Notes: a model not told the origin generated them from the sequence alone. A stretch of 63,398 nucleotides of DNA, filler included, from Octopus bimaculoides (GCF_001194135.2; 5 parts of 4 records of this genome joined end to end with filler, not necessarily neighbours in it), one strand, 5' to 3'. Numbered from the whole stretch's first letter, positions 12,135-25,035 are shown. Translations and numbers: made by a program.

Positions 12135-12833
12135 TTATTTCCTAACATACCTCAGTTTTTTAAATATCGATGGGTATGTATATATGAATACTTTTAATTA
12201 AATTCGTTGAATTGGTATAAAGGCTGGTTTCTGGCGAAGAAACAACAGTAAAGAGTTTCATATGGGAATTTAGAAAAATCTTGCATACTTTTATAATTCC
12301 GTTAATTAACTGAACCTAAAGAATACGATACGTAAGAGGCTCTTTTATGGAAGGCCAACCTTATTGCAAAGTAAACTATAGCACTTCATGTCTGGTCCGT
12401 TGTGACATCTGGTATTGTTCTTGTTATAGACGTTCTTTTTCTATGAGTATCATCTGTACTTTCGCTTGTTCACTGTCCTCCATTTGGGAAATAAAATTAT
12501 AATGTTGCTCGTTGGTGCAATTGCCTTGCCGTGAAGTAATTTCACTCCAGGTAACTTTCGTTCCGGTGTAATTTCTATTCTTGTGAATAGCCTGCAAAGT
12601 AATTTTTTTTTTTTTTGCCTTTCGGAGTCTTTCTTCTTCTTTTTTGCTTTTTTTTTTCACTATTTTATACTGATTACATGATCTAGTATTGCATTTATAA
12701 TTTCTATAATTTCAAGAAAAATTTCCTTCATACTTTTGATTTCTTCAATTACACGAAAGATGAAACTTTTTTTTAATAGATGCAAACGCATACGAATCGA
12801 ACACATGACCATACGATCGCGAGGCCACACTCC

Positions 12834-12884
<51 letters not shown>

Positions 12885-12979
12885 TGCACACACACACACA
12901 TGCATGCATACGCATACACGTACATACATACACTTATATACTTGTATGTCTGTGTATGTATATGCGTGTGTGCGTGTGC

Positions 12980-13033
<54 letters not shown>

Positions 13034-13584
13034 CTGTGTGTGCGTGCGTGAGCGCATATTTATAATATATGCATACAGCTGACGGATACTGCTCGATTTC
13101 CATCTATGAACTTTAATCTTCCAAGGCTTTGATCGACCCGAGTTTATAGCAAAACATAATACTCCAAGCGATTTTACTGCGTGGGAGGAAGGCGAATTTC
13201 TGAAACACAAGGTCATGCCTGATTAGATTTTCTTTGGTGTCATCCGAACTATGCAAGTATCAAATGTGTAACTTTCAACTGGTCAGTAAACAGTTGATAC
13301 GAGGAACGCCCTTATCGATAGCTTCTGTTGAATTTATGGAGTCGGTAGATATAAGATACGGGACAGCAATATATAATTTCATAATCAACGAAGCAAAAAA
13401 TTCTGATGAAAGAATTCAAGCAACCGTAGCCTTTTATTTCTCTGTCAAGATCAACCAATAATATGGGTGGAGTTCACAAATTTCAGGTTAGGTTTCGGGT
13501 GGCAGTGTTACGTTCTCGTAAGATAATATCGATTTGTATGTCAGTCTTACGTAGCATGAGTAGCTTTAGAAAACATTTGAAATA

Positions 13585-13617
13585 AGTAGTAGTAGTAGTA
13601 GTAGTTGTAGTAGTAGT

Positions 13618-13655
<38 letters not shown>

Positions 13656-13657
13656 TA
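13585..13657. repeat. (AGT)n/(AGC)n microsatellite
   Basis: Tandem units. Confidence 0.9.
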
Positions 13658-13739
13658 AGGAAGGATGAGGGGGAGATATCTAATAACTGAATGCTATTAC
13701 TTTTTTTACCTTGCTTTTCTGGTTTTGCTGTTGTTTGTA

Positions 13740-13922
13740 GAGGGTTCTTTATTGCTCGTATTCGTACAACCTCACTTTTTTACGGCTTGTACTTCTCAAT
13801 CTTTTCCGGTTCATTTGTAAATCCACAAGTATGGCAGTATCTATGATCTTTGCTTCCTTCATCATTTTATCAACTGCGACAATGTCTCGTCTCCGAACAT
13901 CACTCACTAAATCACACTGGAT
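13740..13922 (-). mobile_element. R4/Dong-type RLE endonuclease fragment
   Basis: IQCDLVSDVRRRDIVAVDKMMKEAKIIDTAI...EKIEKYKP; cut by the scaffold end. Confidence 0.7.
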
Positions 13923-14022
13923 NNNNNNNNNNNNNNNNNNNNNNNNNNNNNNNNNNNNNNNNNNNNTTAATTAATTAANNNNNNNNNNNNNNNNNNNNNN
14001 NNNNNNNNNNNNNNNNNNNNNN
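13923..14022. other. Artificial scaffold-joining spacer
   Basis: 44 N + TTAATTAATTAA (13967-13978) + 44 N. Confidence 0.95.
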
Positions 14023-14081
<59 letters not shown>

Positions 14082-14701
14082 TACATATATATATATATAT
14101 ATGCATACATATATATGTATAGACATATGTATATATACACGCACATATAAATGTATGTATATATGTATTATGTATGTATGTGTATAGACACATGCACTAG
14201 TCAAATAACACACACATTACTTATCGCCATTTTGTATATAGTTTTGGTGATGTTAATTTTTCTCCCCAGAAATTAATGAGATAGCCATTGTGAATGTTGC
14301 TGATGCTTTTATGCTATTATGAATATTTTTTTTATTCTTTCGGCATAAATACCTATATGTATATCTCCATATATATATCTATATATACATGTGTGTGCGT
14401 GTATATGTGAATGTGTGTGTGTGTGTGCGTGTGTGTGGGTGTGTGTGTGTGTGTGTGTTTATGCACGCATAGAAACGTGTACGCTCACACACTCAAACAT
14501 TGTGTAATGTGTAGACTTGGCATTCTTGCATTCCTTTAGACGATGAATGAACGCCTCAAGGATCGCATAGTTTATTATCGCAGCGCAACTCCTGAGGGGG
14601 AGCGAAAGGCACTGTACAAACACACACACACACGTGTGTGTGTGTGTGTATGCATGTATGTGTATGTCTTTATATATATATGTATATATAGGACGGTGTT
14701 C

Positions 14702-14835
14702 TTTCAGTTTCCATCTCTGAAATTCACTAATTTAGTCAGAAGGTTTTGGTCGGCCCGAGACATTCGCCGAAGGTACTATGCACTGTGACTGGACCTGATA
14801 CCAAGTGGTTGAGAAGCGAACCAAATCTCTTTGCA
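14702..14835 (-). mobile_element. tRNA-headed SINE type A, decayed 5' part
   Basis: Reverse complement similar to the 16136 and 46310 copies. Confidence 0.7.
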
Positions 14836-14878
14836 TATATCCACGCGCACACGCATGCATACATGTATGTACTTACGT

Positions 14879-14935
<57 letters not shown>

Positions 14936-15319
14936 NNNNNNNNNNNNNNNNNNNNNNNNNNNNNNNNNNNNNNNNNNNNNNNNNNNNNNNNNNNNNNNNN
15001 NNNNNNNNNNNNNNNNNNNNNNNNNNNNNNNNNNNNNNNNNNNNNNNNNNNNNNNNNNNNNNNNNNNNNNNNNNNNNNNNNNNNNNNNNNNNNNNNNNNN
15101 NNNNNNNNNNNNNNNNNNNNNNNNNNNNNNNNNNNNNNNNNNNNNNNNNNNNNNNNNNNNNNNNNNNNNNNNNNNNNNNNNNNNNNNNNNNNNNNNNNNN
15201 NNNNNNNNNNNNNNNNNNNNNNNNNNNNNNNNNNNNNNNNNNNNNNNNNNNNNNNNNNNNNNNNNNNNNNNNNNNNNNNNNNNNNNNNNNNNNNNNTATA
15301 TATATATATATATATATAT

Positions 15320-15356
<37 letters not shown>

Positions 15357-15379
15357 CGTATGTACATATATGTATATCA

Positions 15380-15416
<37 letters not shown>

Positions 15417-16135
15417 TATGGCTGGCCACAGCCTTAGGGCATAGACATGTAAAGAATAAAACAATAGTATGCATATGTGTTTTGTGTGTGTGTGTGTGTG
15501 TCTGTGTCTTTGTGTCTTTGTGTGTGTGACACATGTGTATGGATATTTGTTATCTTATAAGAACTTATAAGGTTTAATAATGTTGTTAATATCGTATATA
15601 TTAAAAAAAAATCACAGACGTAAATCTGCAATTTATTCGCATTGTCGCGGTCATTTCTAGTCTGAATTATCGAACGAACGCGTATGTATAACCTCATTAT
15701 TTGGACATTAGTAGCACGATTTATCACGGTTAACGTTAAATGCCTGCCCGAATTATCTACGAAACAAGTCTCATAGTTGTGGAGATTGGACAATACAATT
15801 AAATGGCAGATAATCAGTCATTAAAGGAAATGGCCGACACACACGATTGTTGTGTAATCATCCGGGAGGCTATACAAAAGAAAAAAAAAAGATATAATAT
15901 ATATGGCTCACCGTATTCCTTTAAAATATTTAGTGACGGAATTCCAGACCATGTGATGCTGGAGTTGTGTATCATGGAAGATATTGAAGAAGTGCAATGA
16001 AGCATGACAAGACAATGTATTAGTCAGAATTATTGAGATACCTGTTCATATAAATGAGAAAATGTAGTATTTTCTCTCTATATTTAAATATCTATAACCC
16101 GCACACCTATTAGATACGCATGTATGTCTGCATAT

Positions 16136-16295
16136 AGGCGCAAGAGTGGCTGTGTGGAAAGTAGCTTGCTCACCAACCACATGGTTCTGGGTTCAGTCCC
16201 ACTGCGTGGCACCTTGGGCAGGTGTCTTCTACTATAGCCTCGGGCTGACCAAAGCTTTGTGGTGGATTTGGTAGTTGCAAACTGAGAAGCCCGTC

Positions 16296-16369
<74 letters not shown>

Positions 16370-16685
16370 NNNNNNNNNNNNNNNNNNNNNNNNNNNNNNN
16401 NNNNNNNNNNNNNNNNNNNNNNNNNNNNNNNNNNNNNNNNNNNNNNNNNNNNNNNNNNNNNNNNNNNNNNNNNNNNNNNNNNNNNNNNNNNNNNNNNNNN
16501 NNNNNNNNNNNNNNNNNNNNNNNNNNNNNNNNNNNNNNNNNNNNNNNNNNNNNNNNNNNNNNNNNNNNNNNNNNNNNNNNNNNNNNNNNNNNNNNNNGTT
16601 CCCCTAACTTAGCAGTTCGGCAAGAGAGTACGATAAAATAAGTACTAGGCTTACAAAGAATAAGTCCTGGGGTCGATTTTCTAGA

Positions 16686-16688
<3 letters not shown>
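16136..16688 (+). mobile_element. tRNA-headed SINE type A with internal (TA)n(TG)n tract
   Basis: A box TGGCTGTGTGG, B box GGTTCAGTCCC, CORE-like ACCTTGGGCAGGTGTCTT; after the gap, tail AAGTACTAGGCTTACAAAGAATAAGTCCTGGGGTCGAT. Confidence 0.9.
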
Positions 16689-16721
<33 letters not shown>

Positions 16722-16799
16722 TTGTGTATGTGCGTGATCCTTCTATATATGTCTACGTATACACCAAATTGCAACATAAATAAAAACATGAATCGCCCT

Positions 16800-17036
16800 T
16801 CCCGAACTATAAGCTCGTAAAGCCGGTTATCCGGATTCTCTGGCGTTTGTGTTCCTTCCATTTGATGGGACACTGGTCCGTCACAGAGGATCTCATTTTC
16901 GCCAGGAGTGTTGACTGGAGTCACGTGATATGAAACGGGTTGCTTAAGAATGCAACGCGTCACCAAGTTCTGGAATCGAAACCGCTATCTTACGTCCATG
17001 AGTGCAAGACCCGACCACCAAGCCACGCACCTCCAC
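16800..17036 (-). mobile_element. tRNA-headed SINE type D, decayed
   Basis: Minus strand GTGGAGGTGCGTGGCTTGGTGG (A box)...GGTTTCGATTCC (B box), then CORE-like and V-domain-like segments. Confidence 0.65.
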
Positions 17037-18010
17037 TTAAAAATATAAACACTGTTACATTCACTTTATCCTCCTTCCTTATATACGTGCAGGGCGTGTT
17101 TGTATCTGTCAGTGTGTTCTGTGTGTATGTCATTGTGTGTGCGTTCAGCTTTTGTGTCAGCGTCATCAAGCGAATTCTATCAATACCATATTTTTCTCCG
17201 TTACTTACAGGTGGCAAAACTATACTTCCGAATTTAAATGTTATATGGCGGGTAATAGGCTAGTAGTGTTCACAAACTGTAAAACTGTTCGCATATTTAT
17301 AGCACGTATGACGCTATATTGAATCTTAGAAAACGTTATCAAGAAGTGCGGTTTTTACAACAAGCTATCTTAGCATTTTAATTCAATTATTTATACCCCA
17401 TATAATTATAAAAAGCATTATATGTTACGTTATAGCATAAAGTGACAAATTTTTAATGTAGTGAAAAGTGATGATGTGATATGCATATTTTTGGTCAAGG
17501 GTTTTGTAATGTAAATGAAGCGAACTGGCTTCAACCGGAAATTGGAACCGGATCGTGGATTCAATTTGCCGTCAGGTCAGATTTAACACAACAGTGCGCA
17601 CGTTTGAAACTTTTTTTTTTTACGACAAGCTAAACGAGGAAGTCTTTATGTAGTTGAGGGACGTGCTAGAAAACGCAGTCAAATTTCCACAAAACTGCAC
17701 TGTGTTGTGTTTGTATTAATGAATGGCTTTGCATTAATGAATGATAAAAAAAAAAGAAAAAAAATGGAATGTTCATGATTTGAACATATCTAATACAACG
17801 TCTACTTAATCAGTGCAGAATTGCTCTAGACAATATCAGCAGTAAAAACAGAAGCAGCAGAAACAGCAGCAGTAGCAGCAGCAGCAGTAGCAGTAAAATT
17901 AGCAGTAGTCACAATAAAGCGAACGACAGTATCATTCAGTATGTTATTGTGCTATCAAATCTTTTCAACTTTAATAGACACTTCCACTGGTTCTATTCAC
18001 TTTTCTTCTT

Positions 18011-18087
<77 letters not shown>

Positions 18088-18089
18088 CA

Positions 18090-18181
18090 TTTCTATTATA
18101 AGCACAAGGCCTGAATTTTTTTTTGGTGGGGGGTGAAGAGTATAGTCGATTACATCGACTATCTGTTACATCGACCCCAGT
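18090..18181 (-). mobile_element. SINE type B 3' end
   Basis: Reverse complement of the 39689 copy tail; next to (TAT)n; remainder in the gap. Confidence 0.75.
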
Positions 18182-18604
18182 NNNNNNNNNNNNNNNNNNN
18201 NNNNNNNNNNNNNNNNNNNNNNNNNNNNNNNNNNNNNNNNNNNNNNNNNNNNNNNNNNNNNNNNNNNNNNNNNNNNNNNNNNNNNNNNNNNNNNNNNNNN
18301 NNNNNNNNNNNNNNNNNNNNNNNNNNNNNNNNNNNNNNNNNNNNNNNNNNNNNNNNNNNNNNNNNNNNNNNNNNNNNNNNNNNNNNNNNNNNNNNNNNNN
18401 NNNNNNNNNNNNNNNNNNNNNNNNNNNNNNNNNNNNNNNNNNNNNNNNNNNNNNNNNNNNNNNNNNNNNNNNNNNNNNNNNNNNNNNNNNNNNNNNNNNN
18501 NNNNNNNNNNNNNNNNNNNNNNNNNNNNNNNNNNNNNNNNNNNNNNNNNNNNNNNNNNNNNNNNNNNNNNNNNNNNNNNNNNNNNNNNNNNNNNNNNNNN
18601 NNNN

Positions 18605-18890
18605 AAAACACCCATGTTTTCAAAAGTGAATTATTCAAACCCCAAAGAATTCCTCTCAACACATGGCTATGATGCTCCCCCACTACTTCTGCTCATGATC
18701 AGAGGTGGACATATCGTCAGTCACCAAGGGACATGCTCAACTGGTTAAGGTCAAACAACTGACAAGCAAATCTGTGGTATTAAGCAGAATATTTGCTGTA
18801 GCCCATGTTTTTATACCAAGACAAAACAATGTACATAATAACACTTCCAATCAATTAAGATCAGAAGCCACGAGAGCCACTGCCTGGTAC
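18605..18890 (-). mobile_element. Unclassified non-coding repeat C, 5' half (minus strand)
   Basis: Begins AAAACACCCA, the same 10 nt that end 42913-43180; abuts (TAT)n at 18891. Confidence 0.65.
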
Positions 18891-18936
<46 letters not shown>

Positions 18937-19454
18937 GGTCAGTTGGTCAATCTTACAGATGTCGATAAGTTAATTGGTTCAATGTATGTTGACAACAATA
19001 AGTGCCGAGAAACATTAACTACCACTTTCTAAAAGAATGTTGCTTCTTCGTCTCTGTTGAGGTCTCCACCAGAACTTAGCAAATTACAATAATAAAATGG
19101 AAAGCGAGCGAAGTATAGAATGCGTCCATGCTGAGATCCTGTGAAGACCGTCCCGCTGATACCATTTAGTGAGGAAAGTTGGGCATTTCTTATCATCTTT
19201 CGGATGGTTTGGGCGAAAGTGGTTGTGTGGTGGCTGTGTTTGCAAGAGACTGCGGGCAGACACTTTCCGTTTCAGGATGTGTAACAACGTAGAGGCCTTT
19301 TATCGTTTGTTCGCTAAGTGTAGTGTTAGGATAAAGATTGTGTAAAAATATGACAATAGGCTGTGTATTATGATATCCAGATGAAGCGTAAAGCAGTGGC
19401 CTCGTCAGATGATGAAGGGGCGATGGAAGGGGAAGAGGAAGAGGAGAGGAACTG

Positions 19455-19513
<59 letters not shown>

Positions 19514-20762
19514 AGTGGATGAGGAGGAGGAGGAGGAGTTTATCTCAGACCTGAGCCCCGGCTTGAATGTGTACAGCAGACAAAAATGTCGGCTAATGAA
19601 TGCTAAGAAGTAAGGGCTGATATGTTCAAGCAGGGAACAGACTGAAGCAGTATTCAATATGGAGGATGCGAAGGAATGAATCGATAGAGCAACGGACAAA
19701 ATACTTTGTGATAATCTGCTTCTGTACTTTTACGTTCTTGCTTCAGATCAAACCAGAACAGAATCGACTTTGCTTTTCATCGTTTTGTCTCGTTCGATAA
19801 AATAAATAGGAGCGAAGTAAAACAATCTATTAAATCGATTGTTCCCTCGTCAATCATTTGTAGTCATGTGACCATGTTACGTATCAAGATATACACAGCA
19901 GATAGCGCCGAGGTGGTAAAGGCGTTAGTATAGTACTGTACGAGATAGCGGCGGAGTGGTAGGGACAATTATGTGGCAGTTTACCAGATAGAGGTGGGGT
20001 ATCGGGGATGTTAGTGTGGGACTAAGTGCCTTGTAGTATTTAATTACATCCATTTGTGTTTGGAGTTTAAATTACGGTCGTTGTCGATGACATAAAACCC
20101 AGCCAAGTCGTTCCATCATAAAAATACAAGGAATCAATATTCGCACACTTCCAGTAGTAATTGCGACAATCCTTAAAAAAAACGAAGCCACATCCTGCCA
20201 TATTTTATCCCGCCTCCACTATGAAATCAATTTTCCAATCAGGCTGTAATTTCTTTGTTGTTTCCCCCGCCACCGCAAACACCTTCTTCATTTCCACAGA
20301 TATCAAACTATAATGAGCTGACAAAAATATGGATCATATTGTCTATACATAATAACCCCTGATTAAACACTTATCTAGTCGTCAGCGTGTTACGAAATAT
20401 ATATTGTCATAGAGCTATCATGGGCATTGTAGATGAGTGACAGCTATTTGAGCTTGTGGGAGATAAACGGAGTCTGACTGAATTCGCATCATTTGCGATG
20501 CTGATACACGTTTTAATTATTCATAACATAGTCATATAGCTGGACAATTTTGAGAAACGATGTGTCTGATTCACTTAACAGAAGTTCTTAAATGGTACAT
20601 ATTTTATCGGCTCACGAAGTATCAAAGGAAAAACTAACCTTACTGAGATTTCAAACGAAAAATTTAGGGCATCAAGCAGTATATAGGATTTATTTCTCAA
20701 ATCGAATGGCATTGAAGCTTAGAACTTAATATGACAAATCTATCAATATGCCAGGAGGTTTA

Positions 20763-20980
20763 CAGCGACGAGCTGGCAGAATCGTTAACACACCGGGCTA
20801 AATACTTAGCGGCATTTCGTCCCTCTATACGTCTTGAGTTCAAATTCCGCCAAGGTCGACTTTGCATTTTATCCTTTCAGGCTCGATAAAATAACTCTCA
20901 TTTGAAAACTGGGATCGATGCAATCAACTAAGCCTCCACTCTCGAGCTTACTGGTCTTCTGTCAAAATTTGAAACCAATA
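20763..20980 (+). mobile_element. tRNA-headed SINE type B
   Basis: GAGCTGGCAGAATCGTT...GAGTTCAAATTCCGCC...GTCGACTTTGC; similar to 24458 and 39689. Confidence 0.9.
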
Positions 20981-21099
20981 TATCAAATCGTTTGACATTA
21001 TAAGGCACTTTCTGTACTCTTTCAACTGTGCCTTTAGTAAATAGTTTTCGCTGGTGACTTGTTATCTGACAAAGTTCGTTGTTTTGAACGCTTTATTCG

Positions 21100-21580
21100 A
21101 GTACTCCGTATTCTACTACACTGTATTCGAGTGCTCTGAGTACGTTGAGCTGGACCACCTGGGTTCTTTGTTCCGTGTCGGCTTTAAATATCCAGCTTTC
21201 GTACTCATACAGAAGATCGAATTCACAAGGTATTTCTAGTTTGATTTCCGTAGGAAAATAAATAGGATTGATTTTCCTCTTGACGCTTAACGTCGTCATG
21301 GCCGTTTTCACCAAACTGAATCATAATTTCCTGTCGTTTATTAAGCTATCGTGTTTGCTCAAAGTGAATATGAGGTATCTAAAATTGTCCAATTCTTCAA
21401 GTTTCTGTGTATTCAGTAATAATATCGATAACGGCAACCTTATTGGCATTGATACAAATTTTACTTGTCTGAACCGTCTGCTTCCGATACTCTTTCCAAG
21501 CTTATGGTCAGTTTCTGAAGCGCTGCTTCATTATCTTCCATTAGAGAGATATCGCCAGCAAAGGGTAGGTTATAAAAGGA
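21100..21580 (-). mobile_element. RTE-clade LINE reverse transcriptase fragment
   Basis: NLPFAGDISLMEDNEAALQKL (decayed FADD), LEELDNFRYL, LLYEYESWIFKADTEQRTQ. Confidence 0.8.
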
Positions 21581-21637
21581 GTCCAGTCACGTAGTGTCTC
21601 CTGTATGATGTTTCTTAAGAAGAAACTAAAAGACAAG

Positions 21638-21746
21638 GTGAAGTATATTTGCCACTTAAATGTGGCTGACTCCTAAGGGTGGATGTTACTGTTGCTTTTA
21701 GACCCAGGAGAACATCTCCTCCAGCTGGCTATCGACACACATCTGT
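21638..21746 (-). mobile_element. Second copy of the 3' part of the hammerhead-bearing repeat
   Basis: Reverse complement aligns with 6031-6139. Confidence 0.75.
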
Positions 21747-22029
21747 CGTGCAGTTACTGTTAATACCTCGTTCAGAGATTTAACAAAACTAAAAGACATT
21801 AATGAGAAAAGACTGATTTGATGAACTCCATCTGTCACCACGGATAAGTTTTTGATCTTGCTATTCAAGAAAATTGCAGCTTGAATTATCGTACGCCGAT
21901 TGAATTGCATGGATGTGATTCGAGTCGAAAATAAAATTCCGTGGAGTATTGCGGACAATGTGGGTGTCGTGGCTGGATTTATAGGTACATGCAAGCTGTG
22001 TAAATGATATTTCAACCGGACAAATTTAC

Positions 22030-22071
<42 letters not shown>

Positions 22072-22171
22072 NNNNNNNNNNNNNNNNNNNNNNNNNNNNN
22101 NNNNNNNNNNNNNNNTTAATTAATTAANNNNNNNNNNNNNNNNNNNNNNNNNNNNNNNNNNNNNNNNNNNN
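22072..22171. other. Artificial scaffold-joining spacer
   Basis: 44 N + TTAATTAATTAA (22116-22127) + 44 N. Confidence 0.95.
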
Positions 22172-22230
<59 letters not shown>

Positions 22231-22233
<3 letters not shown>

Positions 22234-22407
22234 GCATCGAAAAATACCTTAGGAATGAGAACCCAGGTTCGAAATTTCCCGAAGACACCTGATGAAGGCT
22301 GGAGGGTATATCAGCCGAAACGTTGCGTTAACAACAAACATGATGAGGACAAATATCTGTCAAATGTAAATAATGTAAATAATGTACATAATTCCTCATC
22401 TCTTAAA
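22231..22407 (+). mobile_element. Penelope-type terminal (pseudo-LTR) repeat
   Basis: Follows (TAA)n; contains CTGATGAAGGCTG...CAGCCGAAACGTT typical of Penelope termini. Confidence 0.65.
22284..22329 (+). ncRNA. Minimal type I hammerhead motif (Penelope type)
   Basis: GACAC-CTGATGA-A-GGCTG(G)agggtata(T)CAGCC-GAAAC-GTT-GCGTT; palindromic AACGTT in place of a stem III loop; one mismatch in stem I. Confidence 0.65.
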
Positions 22408-22782
22408 TATAAAACTGTGCACAGATTTTGATGTAATAAGCAATCAGCCTCATGTAGTTTATCATCTCATCTAAGTCATTTAATTTAGATTGTGTCTTTG
22501 AGTGGAAGCTTGCCAATGTTGTGTTCCATGGCTTTATTTACAGCAAAATCATGGGTCTGGCACTTTAGCAGGTATTTATAAACTGAAGTTTTATTAGAAT
22601 ATGGATCAGACAATCGCCAACATACGCTACTGTCGTTTTGCCAAGAGATTCATGAACTCTATTAGAAACTTTCGTTGTGTGCAGAGCAATAACACTGCTT
22701 TCAATAAATTTCTATGGGTCAAGAACCCACTGATGAATGATATAGGAATGGAGGGTCCACTTGATCTAAATTTACTTGAGTT

Positions 22783-22925
22783 CTACTGATTGCCATTAAG
22801 GAGGGAAAGTGATTCAAGATGGTGAAGAAGGTTTTTGATAATGGCTGTCTCCATCACCTTTGAGGAAGCCAGTGTAATGGGGTGATGGGGAAGTTGCTGC
22901 TTTGGAATAGGGTGCATTCTAACTT
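22783..22925 (-). mobile_element. CR1/L2-group LINE RT N-terminal fragment
   Basis: HPITLASSKVMETAIIKNLLHHLESLSLLNGNQ resembles the RPIALTS..SKVME......L..HLE...LL...QYGF motif. Confidence 0.65.
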
Positions 22926-23194
22926 GCTTACAAGGATGTAGATATATCCGGAGAGAGAGACGCACACAGAGTGAGAGAGAGAGAGGGGGGAGAGAGAAAG
23001 AGTGAAAGAAAGAAAGAAAGAAAGAAAGAGCAATACGTTGGTGACGCTAGGGTTAGCTATTGAGATACTGTTTTAGCGGTGGAAGCACTAAGTAGTGATG
23101 TGTCAATGATAACACTGTTTTAGGGATATGGAGCTGTGATGCATATATATGCGAGGTGGAAAGACTTGTAGAGAAGAAAGGATAGATAAGAATA

Positions 23195-24005
23195 TTAGGT
23201 TGTCCGGAAAGTTCTGAGCGTTTTTAAGTTAAATCTTTTAATGCTTCATTGAACACACCTGAAACGTAACACAATTAAAACTTAGGCGTTCTTGAAGTGG
23301 TAGTACATCTCTTCTTTGTTCTTGACTAAAAATAGATTTATCTTTCATTCCACTTACCTTTTATTGACATTTGAAATGGATAACCAAAAACTTCATATTC
23401 GCTAGGTTTTTTTAAAAAATGGAATGCTGCAAAGACTTGCAAAACCATTTGTGAAGTTTATGGTGATGATTCTGTGGGTGAATCAACTGTTCGAAGGTGG
23501 TTTGCAAAATTTAAGCTGGTGAGTTTAGCTTGGAAGATGATAGTCGTAGTGGAAGACCTTCAAAATTAGATGAAGATGTTTTTAAGGCAAAAATCGAAGG
23601 AAACTCAAATATCACGACTAGAGAACTTGCAGAGGAGTTCGAAGTTTCTAAAAGTATGGTTTATGAACACCAATAGGATACATTTCTTGTTACAATATAT
23701 GGATCCCTCACAAACTCTCAGAAAAGAATTGTTTGGACCGGTATTCCGTTTGTGATATGCTTTGAAATGGAACGAAAGCATACCTGGAGATGAAAAATGG
23801 ATTGTGTACGAAAACGTAGTGCGAAAAAAATCCTGGAGTTTGTGTAAGGATCCCACAAAACAGCAACCAAAGACGAATATCCATGCCAAAAAAGCTATGC
23901 TTTGTATTTGGTGAGATCATAAAGGCATTATTAATTGTGAGCTTCTACAAAACCAGACCATTAATTGTGATGTGTACTGTCGTCAGCTGGCTAATTTAAA
24001 TGAAA
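23195..24005 (+). mobile_element. Mariner 5' fragment (third family), internally deleted and 3'-truncated
   Basis: TA + left TIR TTAGGTTGTCCGGAAAGTTC; ATG at 23376; TVRRWFAKFK, SGRPS, GDEKWIVYENVVRKKSW, AMLCIW*DHKGII; no right TIR found. Confidence 0.9.
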
Positions 24006-24457
24006 AATCAAAGACTTAATATTTCACCTAGAGTATGTGCGATGCAAAGCAGGGAAAAGATATGGAGGCTTATCCGCTGAAGTACTATACACAAAACCCA
24101 CCAAGATGTAGCACTGAAGGAAAAAGTGATACCGCAAAAAATTGTACAGAAAATTTTGGAATGGATCAAAAAGGGTAGCGAATTTGGGAGTGGGTGAGAG
24201 AGCTTGCAGGTTGTGAGATATATGAAAGCATTCCTCACGGTGAATGATGGTTTTGATGAAGATTTTTGCATGTTGTATAGTGTAGCATTAATGTAGTTTA
24301 AAGTAGTGTGTATCCTACGGCAGTAGAGTGTAAAAGGGTATACTTTTGTGGCATGTAATATTGGGAAAACAATTGTAGTTGATTGCAGTGTAATATAGTG
24401 TAATAAATACAAGTTAATGTAGTTTAATATACGGTTACGTAATATTGTGTAACGAAT

Positions 24458-24676
24458 AAGGCGGCGATCTGGCAGAAACGTTAGGACGCCGGGCGAAATG
24501 CTTAGCGGTATTTCGTCTGTCTTTACGTTCTGAGTTCAAATTCCGCCGAGGTTGACTTTGCCTCTCATCCTTTGGAGGGTCGATAAATTAAGTACCAGTT
24601 GCGTATTGGGGTCGATCTAATCGACTGGCCCCACTCACCAAAAATTTTGTGCCTTGTGCCTTGAGTAGAAAAGAAT
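24458..24676 (+). mobile_element. tRNA-headed SINE type B, near full length
   Basis: High similarity to 39689-39901. Confidence 0.93.
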
Positions 24677-25035
24677 GCTGTGCAATGAATATAGTGAAGT
24701 TAGGTGTAAGTGTAATAAAGTGCGGTGAAATGTAAGTTAGTAATAGCGTAGTTTAGTTTAATGTAATATAGAGTAGTTTTAGCGTACCGCAATATGGAGT
24801 AGTTTAAAGTAATGTAATATAGAGTAGGAGTAGTCTAATGTAATGTAATATAGAGTAGTTTATTGTAGTGTAATAATACAGTGTAGTCAAGTGTACTGTA
24901 ACAAAGTAGATTAGTGTAATATTGAGTAGTTTAGTTTAGTGTAGTGTAATAAGAACAGTTTAGTGTAATTTCATATACGCTAGTTTATTGAGGTGTAATA
25001 TGGCATAATTTAGAGTACTGGCATTTTAATGTCCA

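Noticed and set aside
12424-12660. 78-aa minus-strand ORF
   Set aside because: Lys-rich start comes from poly-T runs, the acceptor is preceded by poly-A, and no family is recognisable
13967-13978. TTAATTAATTAA as a biological motif (piggyBac TTAA site or homeobox site)
   Set aside because: Always centred in exactly 44+44 N; an artificial linker
20260-20362. Strong-looking splice acceptor (CTTCTTCATTTCCACAG) with a short open frame
   Set aside because: No donor and no recognisable peptide; needs RNA-seq
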